From assembly GCA_963842925.1 (NCBI GenBank), contig CAWJIL010000009.1, forward strand, positions 6,244-70,243: DNA of 64,000 nt. The letters run 5' to 3'. Shown one piece after another: positions 16,750 to 27,400 of the stretch. The stretch is from an uncultured delta proteobacterium. Lineage in GTDB: Bacteria; Desulfobacterota; Desulfobacteria; Desulfobacterales; B30-G6. The position numbers were made by a program, and so were the translations under genes. Within the stretch, counting starts at the first letter, position 1. Each line of letters begins with the position of its first letter. The notes below the pieces were generated by a model that saw only the letters and a program-made list of their open reading frames with translations, did not search any database and was not told the origin of the DNA.

Positions 16750-17003
16750 AATTATTCCGTCAGTTAAAACTTGGTCCATTAGGCCAGTTCAGAGATATTT
16801 GGCCATTCCGATGGTGGTCGGTACTTAATTAAATCCGAAGCACGAAATTCGAAATCCTAAACAATACCGAATGATCAAAATAACGAATGATCAAAACAAA
16901 ACCTAAGCAATACAAGTTTAAGCATTCTGCTTAAAACATTTGAGCATTTGATATTTGGATTTGTTTCGTATTTCGATATTCGGATTTAGAATTTACACAC
17001 GGT
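16750..17003 (-). repeat. RepA copy
   Basis: Contains the end module, both cgaaat-word arms and a centre like that of the 9061 copy. Confidence 0.85.
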
Positions 17004-17007
17004 GCCT

Positions 17008-18675
17008 TCACCGTACCCTGGCCTGCGCCCAAATCTTAAGTTTCTCACGGAATATCTTTGAATTGTGCCGAATATCCACCGGAAATGCTTTGTGATACAA
17101 GATGGTGTCAATTTCCTGGGTGAGGACAGACTCTTTGGCGAGTTCCAACAATTCTTCGGTAATCTTCTTTTTATTTTTCTTCTTGGGGGTCTTTTCCAGT
17201 TCAATGCAAATAACCGGTTTTTGTTTTGGGCGTGGCCGGATACCCACCAGGGCGCTTCTGAAAACCAGTGGATGGCGATTGAAGATGGCCTCGCAGGGAA
17301 TGGTAAACAGGGTCTGGGTCTCTGTTATGACGCGGTGACTTTTCCTTCCGCAAAACCAGAGTCGTTGTTCCGTGTCCATCCATCCAAGATCTCCCATACG
17401 ATGCCACAGACTGGTACTCTCTTCAATCTTGGAAAACAAGTCTTCTCTTTTTCTTTCGAAATATTGATGCGTTACCAGGTCACCCCTGACCGTGATCTCA
17501 CCAATTTCACCGTCCGGAACAATCAGATCCTCAGACCACTGGGAGATAGGCTCATCACTAATCTGGATGATACGTACCTTCAGGTCGGGCAAGACCCGAC
17601 CGACACATATGCCATATCCCTGTTCACTCAACTGACGTGTTTTGCCCAAGATCTCATGACTCCCCATGACCGAAACCGGCATGGCTTCGGTGGCACCGTA
17701 CCCGGGGAATATTTCGGTTTCAGGTTCCAGCATCTCACTGAAACGCTCCAGGTTGTCGGGCAATGCCGGCGCACCGGCCGAAATGACGCGCTTTAGTGTG
17801 GGAAGTTTGATATGTCGCGCCTGACCGTATCGTCCCACACGATCAAGAAGTGCCGGTGAGGCAAACATATTGCCTACACCATGATTCAAAATCAACTCGA
17901 TGATGCGTTCAGGATTCACCTGGGCCGGCTTGGTGGGGTCCATGTCCGGTATCACGGCTGTCATGCCAAGAGCGGGATCAAATAGCGCAAATAACGGAAA
18001 GGTCGGCAAATCGATTTCACCCGGCGTAATGTCGAATCTGTTTTTGATTTGCCGCACCTGGGCATCGAAGATGCCGTGGGTATAGACCACACCCTTTGCC
18101 GGACCTGTACTGCCGGTTGTAAAAAGAATCGCTGCTGTTTCGTCCTTCTGGGTTTTTGCAATGGGAAACGGTTTCCAGGGTGTATGACGAACATCTTCGA
18201 GTCTGGGACCTCTCCAAAACCATCGCTTTCCGATGGTTATGGCTGTGCTCAATGATTTAAAATAGCTGGGCGCACATATGCGCAGGGCATGCGCCAGGGG
18301 TAAGCCGATAAAAGCGGTCGCTTTGCTCTCTGAAAGACAGTTGAGCATCCGCTTTATCCCCATTCCCGGATCCACCATCACGGGTATTGCACCGGTTTTA
18401 AAAAGGGCAAAGGTCAGAACAAAGAATTCAAGACTTGGCTTTACCATCAATATGGTCCGGGTACCCCGTTTGATACCATGGCGAATAAGACCATGAGCCA
18501 AACAATCAGATTCCCTCTCCAGCTGTCTGAAGGTGAGGTGCGTGTAGGCAAGTCCCTTGTACCGGTTCTGCCGTAAGGGACAAATCACAGCCCTGGTGTA
18601 GGGCTGTTTACCTGCCATTTTACGAAGCAGGGATGCCACGTTCACTATTTTTTCTTCGGCGTATTCATCGGGCAT
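17008..18675 (-). CDS. oleC: OleC, AMP-dependent synthetase (beta-lactone synthetase family)
   Basis: AMP-binding motif TTGSTGPAKGV. Position between oleB and oleD. Confidence 0.8.
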   Translation of the reverse strand: MPDEYAEEKIVNVASLLRKMAGKQPYTRAVICPLRQNRYKGLAYTHLTFRQLERESDCLAHGLIRHGIKRGTRTILMVKPSLEFFVLTFALFKTGAIPVMVDPGMGIKRMLNCLSESKATAFIGLPLAHALRICAPSYFKSLSTAITIGKRWFWRGPRLEDVRHTPWKPFPIAKTQKDETAAILFTTGSTGPAKGVVYTHGIFDAQVRQIKNRFDITPGEIDLPTFPLFALFDPALGMTAVIPDMDPTKPAQVNPERIIELILNHGVGNMFASPALLDRVGRYGQARHIKLPTLKRVISAGAPALPDNLERFSEMLEPETEIFPGYGATEAMPVSVMGSHEILGKTRQLSEQGYGICVGRVLPDLKVRIIQISDEPISQWSEDLIVPDGEIGEITVRGDLVTHQYFERKREDLFSKIEESTSLWHRMGDLGWMDTEQRLWFCGRKSHRVITETQTLFTIPCEAIFNRHPLVFRSALVGIRPRPKQKPVICIELEKTPKKKNKKKITEELLELAKESVLTQEIDTILYHKAFPVDIRHNSKIFREKLKIWAQARVR

Positions 18676-18676
18676 G

Positions 18677-18711
18677 GGTAAAAAATAGGTTTTAAGTTTT
18701 AGGTTTTAGGT
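18677..18711. repeat. heptamer array (aggtttt)x5
   Basis: Lies directly upstream of the oleC start. On the coding strand it reads aaaaccta repeats. Confidence 0.9.
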
Positions 18712-18738
18712 TTTAGGTTTCAGACAGCAATCGTAGAT

Positions 18739-18920
18739 ACCCGGTTCCAAATGATCCAGCACTGATTCAACTCTCTCATGTTTTGATCATTCGAATTTGG
18801 ATCATTAGGTATTGTTTAGGATTTCGAATTTCGTGCTTCGGATTTGAGTAACCACCGCCATCGGCATAGCTAAATATCTCTAACCTGGCCCAAAGGACCC
18901 GGTTTTAAATGACGGAATAA
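18739..18920 (+). repeat. RepA partial copy (lacks the first arm)
   Basis: gatcattcgaatttggatcattaggtattgtttaggatttcgaatttcgtgcttcggattt ... ctctaacctggcccaaaggacccggtt. Confidence 0.85.
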
Positions 18921-18996
18921 ACAAAGCGCTTTCAACAGCTTATGGCTTATGGCTTACAGCTCAATGTTTTTATATTTAATTTCTGTAAGTTACCCC

Positions 18997-19914
18997 TCAA
19001 TCGCTCAATCTGTCTTCTAACATGAATTTACGGATATGGTCAATAACCGTTTCTGCTGCATCCTCCAGGACATAATGGCCGGCATCCTCAAAGGTGTGCA
19101 CCCGGGCGTCTGGAAATCGATGACGCCATTCATCGAGATAGGCCCTGGTAAAGACAAAATCTTTCATGCCCCAACAGATAAGCATGGGCAGGTCTCGCAG
19201 ACGATGTAAATCGTTCTGGACCGTTTTCACGGTCTCAAAACTCGGATCGCCTGGTTTGAGGGGGATGTCTTCTACAAATTTGAGGGTGGCAATGCGATTC
19301 TGCCAACTATTGTAAGGCGCCAATAGCCCTGATTTCACATCGTCAGGCATGCCTTTGGCCGTTGCCATGAAAAGAGCGCTGCGTGCAAAAGCGTTGAATC
19401 CCAGAACCGCCACCTTGGCAAAGGGCTTGACATGTCGGATCAATTTCAGTCTGAGGGGCAGGCTACGGTTTTGGGGAGGAAAAAACGCCGCCGTATTGAG
19501 CAGGACAATTTTATCTATGCGAGCCAAATGCCGGAGTGCATATGCAATTCCAATCATGCCGCCCCAATCGTGGAGTACAAGTGTTATTTTCTCCTTTAAT
19601 TCCAAACGGCTGATAAAACGCTCCAAATCCTTGATCCGGCGATCAAGGGTATAGTCATATTGTTCCACAGCTGGTTTGTCTGATAAGCCACAGCCTATAT
19701 GGTCCACCGCGATGGCCTGAAAGTCTGGAGAAAGCGCTTGGATAAGTCTCCGGTAGTAAAACGACCAGGTGGGATTGCCATGCACCATGATGACAGGCGA
19801 ACCCGCCCCTTCATCCACATAGTGATATTTGAAGCCATTCACATCCAGAAAATGAGATTCAAATGGGTACAGGTGCCGGAATGGAGTAAGATCGATGGAT
19901 TTGTTTTTTACCAT
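18997..19914 (-). CDS. oleB: OleB, alpha/beta-hydrolase (haloalkane-dehalogenase-like, beta-lactone decarboxylase family)
   Basis: Nucleophile motif LVLHDWGG and C-terminal His (AGHYVLED). Position between oleA and oleC. Confidence 0.8.
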   Translation of the reverse strand: MVKNKSIDLTPFRHLYPFESHFLDVNGFKYHYVDEGAGSPVIMVHGNPTWSFYYRRLIQALSPDFQAIAVDHIGCGLSDKPAVEQYDYTLDRRIKDLERFISRLELKEKITLVLHDWGGMIGIAYALRHLARIDKIVLLNTAAFFPPQNRSLPLRLKLIRHVKPFAKVAVLGFNAFARSALFMATAKGMPDDVKSGLLAPYNSWQNRIATLKFVEDIPLKPGDPSFETVKTVQNDLHRLRDLPMLICWGMKDFVFTRAYLDEWRHRFPDARVHTFEDAGHYVLEDAAETVIDHIRKFMLEDRLSD

Positions 19915-19956
19915 GATGGCTTTCTAATTCATTCTTGCATGGATGTTAACACAAGA

Positions 19957-20065
19957 GGCTATTAGGCTGTTAGACTGTTAGGCGGCTAATAGTCTAATAG
20001 TCTAATAGCCTAAAAGCCTTCTGTATACTGTTAGGCGCCTAATAGTCTAATAGCCTAAATGCCTT
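19957..20065. repeat. word hairpin (ttag / ctaa words)
   Basis: aggctattaggctgttagactgttaggcggctaatagtctaatagtctaatagcct... Confidence 0.75.
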
Positions 20066-20072
20066 CAGTTTT

Positions 20073-21113
20073 CTACCACTCAATCCCCAGCATCAAACAA
20101 TTCAATCCGCTACCAATACCCAGCATTCCCACCAGGTCATCTGTTTTGAAAAAATCACGCTCCACAGCGATGGCGGCGGTAATGGGCAGGGATACGGTGC
20201 CAATATTGCCCAGGTATTGAAAGGTGGTAAAATCACGCTGTCTGGGAATGCCGATGGACTTCAGGATCGTGTCCTGGTGGGTTGAGCCCACCTGGTGGCA
20301 GACCGTCTTGTCAGGCTGGTCTGCGGTAAGTGAAAGGGTTTTGCGAAATTCCCGGTAGGTCTCTATCCCCAGTGCAACGCCATGTTTCAAGACCCCCACA
20401 GAATCCGTGTTCATGACCTGTTTTCCCACGCTGGATACGCCACTGTCAGGTCCCCAGGTGCAAAGCTTATGATGTTCGGTGGCACATTGATACGCCCCCC
20501 CCAGGAGGCGGTGATTTTGATCAGACAGGGTCGCATCCGTCAGGAGTACGGCCACAGCTCCCGACCCCCCCGTCAGGGTAGCAACTGTCTGCTTGAATAC
20601 GTCCATGCTGCCGGCCGTCAGCATTCTTTGGATGGTACTGTCGACGATCTCACGTGCGGATTCACAGGACACCACAAGCCCGGCTGATATCTGCCCGAGT
20701 TCGATGGCATTCGCCACCTGAACCAGGCCATTCAGAATTCCAAGACAGGCATTGGAAACATCGTAAACCAGCGTGTCTGGCCCGAGACCCAGTCCATTGG
20801 ATACGGCACAGGCTGTGGCCGGTTCCAGGTTGTCGCGGCACACACCGCCGTACACCAGCATCTGGATTTTCTGAGGATCGATGCCTGCACCTGCAATGGA
20901 TTTTTCCCCCGCAAGAATCGCACCCTCTGCCATCTGGAATCCGGGATCCCAGAATCTTCTTTCACGAATCCCCGTGAGAGATTCCAGCTGCCCCTTTTGA
21001 AAATGAAGCGCATCGTACAACGGCGCCAGGCGTTTTTCCAGATCATCCGAACTCACCACATTGGGGGGTAGTTCGTATCCAAAGGAAGCGATGTTGACTT
21101 TTGAGTATTTCAT
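20073..21113 (-). CDS. oleA: OleA, FabH-like thiolase (head-to-head Claisen condensing enzyme)
   Basis: Active-site Cys context DVSNACLG. N-terminus LPPNVVSSDDLEKRLAPLYDAL...LESLTGIRERRFW is typical of OleA rather than FabH. Confidence 0.8.
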   Translation of the reverse strand: MKYSKVNIASFGYELPPNVVSSDDLEKRLAPLYDALHFQKGQLESLTGIRERRFWDPGFQMAEGAILAGEKSIAGAGIDPQKIQMLVYGGVCRDNLEPATACAVSNGLGLGPDTLVYDVSNACLGILNGLVQVANAIELGQISAGLVVSCESAREIVDSTIQRMLTAGSMDVFKQTVATLTGGSGAVAVLLTDATLSDQNHRLLGGAYQCATEHHKLCTWGPDSGVSSVGKQVMNTDSVGVLKHGVALGIETYREFRKTLSLTADQPDKTVCHQVGSTHQDTILKSIGIPRQRDFTTFQYLGNIGTVSLPITAAIAVERDFFKTDDLVGMLGIGSGLNCLMLGIEW

Positions 21114-21481
21114 TTTTTTTGGTGTTTGGTGTTTTGTGTTTGGTAGCTACCAGCAGCCTGCCAGTAGCTAATGGCTGTTTTCCTCTTCCCCTTTTATCTT
21201 CTTTCCTTCATTCCTTCTGTCTTTCTGTTCGTTGAGAACGTTAGGATCGTTGAGATCGTTAAGAACGTTTTTTGTTCAATCCGTCATCCCGGCCAAGTTC
21301 CACGAAGTGGAAGGCGAGCCGGGATCCAGTCTCAGCAAATAGCAAAGGGCAGCATCCTAGCTTTACTGTTGTTAAGTGTTAGGTTTTAGGTGTTAAGTAG
21401 GCCTTGAGCTGATTGCTAATAGCAGCATCCCAGCCTCCCAGCATCCTAGCTTCCTAGCATTTTCAATCTCTTCCATCGGTA
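21114..21481. repeat. 368-nt low-complexity/hairpin spacer between the megasynthase and oleA
   Basis: ggtgttt words, cgttgaga/cgttaaga words, hairpin atcccggc..gccgggat, gttagg words, agcatcc/agcctcc words. Confidence 0.7.
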
Positions 21482-24400
21482 TCACCGCTTGGTTACCGGG
21501 ATTAACCCGATGGAAAATTGTTCCATATGATAAATGGGCAGACCGTCTACTGTCAACAGGCTATCAGCGGTGAGCATGGGAAAGGGCTTTTCCTCCACGC
21601 TTGTCACCACAGCGACAAGCTCGATGCGTCTGTTTTCAGGGGTGATTTGTCCGCGATAGGTCCATTGATGATGGATATCCGATTTCAGGGTAAAACAGTG
21701 ATCATCCGCCAGATGCGGCCATCGATCCAGGGCTATGAACTTGAGCGCTTGTATCAGGGACTCCAGACCTAGTGAACCGGGACAGACCGGATCATTCAGA
21801 AAATGGGCTTTAAAAAACCATTCCTCCGGCTGAACGTCTTTTGAGGCCTTGATGAATCCGTGCCCATGGGGTCCTCCTTGCGGGAGATAGGCATCCATGT
21901 GATCGATCATGCGTATGGCCCGTCCCGGCATTACCGCATGTTCATGAACATGACCGGATAAATCGTCCGGTGCCGTTGGGGCATGATCCGGCATTGCCAT
22001 GCTTTTGCAGCCTGTCAAGTCCTCAGGCAGGGTATAGCGAGACATATGGATCTGCTGCAATCCCACCTGCTCGGCCAGCGCTTTGCGGGTAAAAAATCCA
22101 AAATGCGTCTGTCCCTGATAGACCATCTGCTGGGAAAGCAGGATCTGGAACGCATAGTGCTCGATGATCATGTCACCCGCCTCAGACACCTGCGTCAGGC
22201 GTGCACGCGTGGTCAGTGACGATCTTTTTGCAGGCACATCCCTGCTGAGTTGAGCCCTACCACCCAGATTTCTGAACCTGAGATCTTTTTCACTCCGCAG
22301 GGCCGAACCCATGTATGCCGCCAGCCAGCCACACGGCTGGAGTGCGATTTCATTTAAAACACAAAAGGGCATATTCGGCGTACGGTTGGCACGGAAATAC
22401 CAGTCATCCGGATCAATATCCATCTCGGCCTGGATCCAGCCACCGGGTTTCAATACCCAGGGTTCCGGTGCAGCTTCAACCACCCGGTCCATGAACAGAT
22501 AGGGCGGTTTTGGCAACCTGGCAATGAACCGGCGGCTATCAAATTCCCGGTAGGGTTCTCCAAAGGCTATCGAGGGCCTGCCATAGGCAAATTCTTCCAG
22601 CATTTTCCGGTTGAAAATTACGGTATCATTTCCTTTGGGTGCTGGCGGTGCTTTTTTTACAGCAGGAAAGGGCTCTTCTAGGGTGGCTGTTTCTGGAGGG
22701 ATTTTCCAAATATTTTCGATCTCTTCACGTGAGCCCCGGGTCAATTTTATGGAAATACTGTCAAAATAAACAATGTACGCACCATCGGCGGTCATGCGGG
22801 CATCGGCAAGGGCGTATGGCTCCGGGCCATATCCCATTTCCTTGATGTCGATTTCATATACCACGTGCCGGGTCTTGGGTGTTACCGGTCCACGACACTT
22901 CAACACACTTTCAACCCCCACAAGCGGTTCATAGCAGGCGTCTTCTTTGTCACTGATCCATCCGATACGCTGCAGAAATACCCGCAATGTGTGTGCACAG
23001 CATTCGTACATGAGGGTACCCGGCATGACCATGTCATCAACAAAATGACAGGTCAGGTACCAATCGTCCGGGTGAACATCTGCTTCAGCACGTATCAACC
23101 CCTTACCAAAGGTGCCCCCATAGGGATCGAATGTGAGAACACGATCGATGAGGTGCATGCGCCCGTCCGGCAGCCACAGGGAAGAAGATAGGGTTTTGCC
23201 TTGAAACGCAGCACCAAATGCCTCCTCCAGACGCCCGGATCGCAAGGCATCCAGGTCCGTCTCGGAAAACGATTCAGCGGTCACCGGGGCGGGATGCCGC
23301 CAATCAGTACCGGACGCTACTTCCTTAGGCGTGTCATCATGCCCTTCTGAAACAATACCCCCGGAGTTTCGCACCTCCTCTTCGGTAAAGAAACCCGCAC
23401 AGCCATCTTTCATTTGAATGAGCAGGTTATCATCGATAAACCCTTTGAATTTAAAAAAGAAAAGATGGGTATCCCCCTGACGGATAAACTTTTCGATCTC
23501 GATATCATATCGAATGGTCTCGCCTGGCCGTGGCAAGCCCCTGAAGAAGGTCACACAGGCATCCAGGAGACGATAAGTTCTGCGACCCTTGACCTCATGA
23601 TCGATCCCCAGGTAGGAACTGAGAAACAGATCCGCCTGACCAGCCTCCACCGATATGCAGGCCGGCGCACGGTTACCGTCCAGATACCAGGCCCCTGGAA
23701 GCACGTCGTGTTCGGTAACGATCCGGCCACTGCCCAGGGAACATTTTTCACCCACGAGGGAAACAACCCGATCCACCAGCATGAGGGGTTCGTCCGGCAG
23801 TCTCACCCGGGCATTATAGGTATCAACCACCTGGAATTCAGGACCGAATACCTCGGCAACGCAGCCCGTGGCAAAGGTAAGACAGTCTTTTCTGGAATAA
23901 AGCGGGGCAGGCTCTGTTGAAGCGGGGTGTGTACCAGGTCCTGTTGCAACCGTTCCTGTCTCATGGGCTTGCTGCATTTGTGCGCTCAGGAGTTGGGCCT
24001 GCAGTGCCATGGCCTCCTGGTAGCCCTTTGTTATCCGGCTGGAAATTTCCAAATATGATTGGTGTGCTTCGGAGCTTGTCCGGGCATTTTCCTGAACAGA
24101 CTGCATGAGCTCCCGTGCTATTTGGTGGGGAAGGCTCTCAGACGGCATCCCTGAAATAGCATCGATCGCCGTCACGGGATCAATGGCTTGTTCGATTTTC
24201 GATTCTTCCTGAAAAGACATGTCCGAATCTGTATTGCCCGGCAGTAAAGGTGGCGATCCGGGTAAGGGGAGACGGCTAGGGATGCGTATGGGAATTTGAT
24301 TCGATTCCTTTTCTTTTGACAAGGCTCGCGATTTATTCAGTGTTTCATCATAGACAGCATTCATTTCAGGTGGGTAGGATATTCTTCCATATAATTTATC

Positions 24401-27400
24401 GAGTTGGACATCGAGCATCTCGGCCCTGAGGGCTCCCAACATCTTCAAGATTGACAGATATTCGTCATCACCGTTTCGACTGACGGCAACGGCCAGATGG
24501 GGACGATCTTCAAGCGTCTGCTGTATCATTCGCGTGCAGGAGGCCCGGGGTCCCATTTCGATAAAAACACGCATACCATCCTCATAGGCCTGTTGAATGG
24601 TGCGGGTAAAATCAAAGCCATGCAGGGCCTGTTCCGTTATGGATGCTGCTGTCTTTTCACTGGTGAGATCATAGGCATGGCCCCATGCACAACTGTAGAA
24701 ACGCATATTCCCGGGTGGGTTGATGGGGTGCAGGTGGAGTTGCCGATAGTCATCCTCCACAGGTCTGACCGCATCGCAGTGGACCGTCACCACCCCGTCC
24801 AGGAAAACAGCGTTACACCCCAGTGTTTTGACAAGCGTTTGTATGGATTCCTTTTCACCGCCTATAACGGATTCCCTGGGCGAATTAATGATCAAAAGAC
24901 GTGTCATGGGGAATTGCTTTAACACCCTCTTGACCTGGTTTGCCGTTCGATCAACCGCCACCACCTGCCATTCAAATTTCTCTTGGGCTTCAATCTTCCA
25001 TGCACGCCTGAGAGAAAGGCACGGTCCGGTCAAGGCTGTCTTGAACAAGGGTGATTCAAGCATCTGTTTCAACAGGTGGTCTTGACCCTTCCAGGCACCC
25101 ATGGCAACCAATCCGGCGGTCTCCCCAAGGCTGTACCCGATGACCGCCTCAGGCGAGGCCACAAACTCCTGCATCAGTCTGGCTGTGACACACCCGTGCA
25201 TGACCTGCCCGAAAATCGCCGACAAGGGGTCGGCATGAATCTGATGCAAGGTCTGTGTTTCCCATTGGTTTTCCCAGGACATTCGATAGGGTATAAATCG
25301 TTCGGGAATCATTTGCTTTTTCAACTGTCGGGTTTCTGCATCCATCTGGCCTAAAATCAGCGGCCATTGGGTTCCCATGCCCCGTCCCATGCCAAGATAG
25401 TGATTTCCCGAACCAGGAAAAACAAAGGCCGTGCCGGCCGATGCCCCCAGGGGTTTGGGTCTGTAAAAAATATTTGCATGTCCCGGGGCGGTGTCCCGGT
25501 TCTCTGACGCGACGAGCTGTTTGGCTTTGCGAATCTCGTTTTTTGCCTGGTGGATATCTTTGATCACCAGACTGAGCGCTCTTTTTTTTCCTGCTTGAGA
25601 TGCTGTTTTTTCGTACCAGACCCGCGCCACCAGTTCCATGGGCCATCCCCTGGAAATCCCTTTTTGGATCTGATCTAAAAGCCTTCCCAGACCTTCTATG
25701 ATCTCCTGATCATGATCACCTTCCACGACAAAAAGACCGCTGCTCTGATATCCCAGGGGACGAAGCCTGTCTGATGCGACCGCCGGGTCTGAGTTTCTCC
25801 CTACTTTTTCGTATTCCTCCAAAAAAACATGGGTACAGTTGCCATCGGATGTCATGCCGCCCACACAAGCCTTGCGTGACGTGGTCTCCCGGTTTCGAAA
25901 CCAGTATTGCGCTTTGATGGGAACGTGAAAACGTTTTGCCCATGCAATTTCCCCAGGCCGTTGATAATCCGGCATGGGCGGTATGAGCTTATGGTAGAGA
26001 CACAGGCTTGTTTTCACGATGGAAGACAGGCCGGATGCGGCGCCCATGTGTCCCACAATTGGTTTGGTGCTGCCCAGGGCACAATGCAGCCCCGTATCAA
26101 TGGAAATGGCATTCAACACCTTGGATTCTGTGGCATCTTCAGTATGAATACCACTTCCGTGCGCCTCAAAAAGGCTGATGTCCGACAAGCCAATGTCAGC
26201 CTCCTGGGTGGCACGCTCTAGGGATACCTGATACGCTTCCTGCGATACACGCCCACTTTCCATTGCCATTCCAGTGGCAGATCCAAATCCCTTGACAATG
26301 GCATAGATACGATCTTTTGCAACCAGGGCATCTTCCAGACGCTTGAGTACCAGGGCTGTACCGCCTTCTCCGGGAAGGGTCCCCCGAGCCGATCTATCAA
26401 AGGGCAGGACAGATGCTGTACTGGAATAAGGCCTGATCTGATGGTGCGTGGCCAGATATCTGAGATCCCCGGTAAAATCCACAGCACCCACAAGCATCGT
26501 GTCGGACGCATTGTCCTGCAAGGCCCTCACGCCTATTTCCAGGGCCTTGATACCGGAAGCTTCTTCACACGAAACAACGAAACTGGGGCCGCCCAACAGA
26601 AATTCCTTGGCGATCCGGCTTGCAATAACACTGGGTAAAGCTCCCAGTGTCCGGTTGGAAGTCAAGGGTCGGCTGACAGATGCTTTTAAAGAGCGAATCC
26701 ATTCGGTGATATGGGGATCCTGAAGATTGAGCCCATATTTTTTTTCCCATCCACGGATGCTTCGATTAACAATCCATCTCAAATGAAAATTGGTGGCTTC
26801 AAAATCAAAATCAGCACCCACCATCACGCCCATCCTCGGGCGTTTTTCCCTGAGGGGCACACCGGCACTGATAAGGGCGCTTCTACAGAGCTTCATCATG
26901 AGGAGGTGCTGGGGTAGAATATCGGGTATTTCATTGGGGGGAATACGAAACAGACCCATATCCAAAGGGATCTCTTCCATGAATGCGCCGTGTTCCGGAA
27001 CCAACTGACTGAAATAACTATCGGCTCCGGTTTGTATGCCCCGAAGATGCGAATGGTGCTCAATGATGGATTGCCCGTTGAAAACAGCCTCCTGAAAAGC
27101 CCTCAGGGTTGACAGCTTCCCCATGGCAGCACTCATGCCGATGATTGCCACCAGCGGTTTTTCCCTTGTGGAAATTCTGGAACAGTCATTTTCATCGCCA
27201 TTCTTCAGGACGGCTTGCGTTTGCAGATTTATAGCACCCTTTTCATGCCCCTTGACTTGGGTCCATTCTTCCACAAGCATGTGGGCATTGATGCCACCGA
27301 ATCCAAATGCGCTCACAGCGGCTCGACGGGGGGTGTCTGCATCCCGCAGGGTCCAGTCGCTCACTTCCGTCTGGACCCTGAAAGGGCTACCGATCAAAGG

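Noticed and set aside
18677-18711. Telomere-like TTTTAGG repeats
   Set aside because: The context is an ordinary bacterial intergenic region. It is one of many heptamer word arrays in this window, not a chromosome end.
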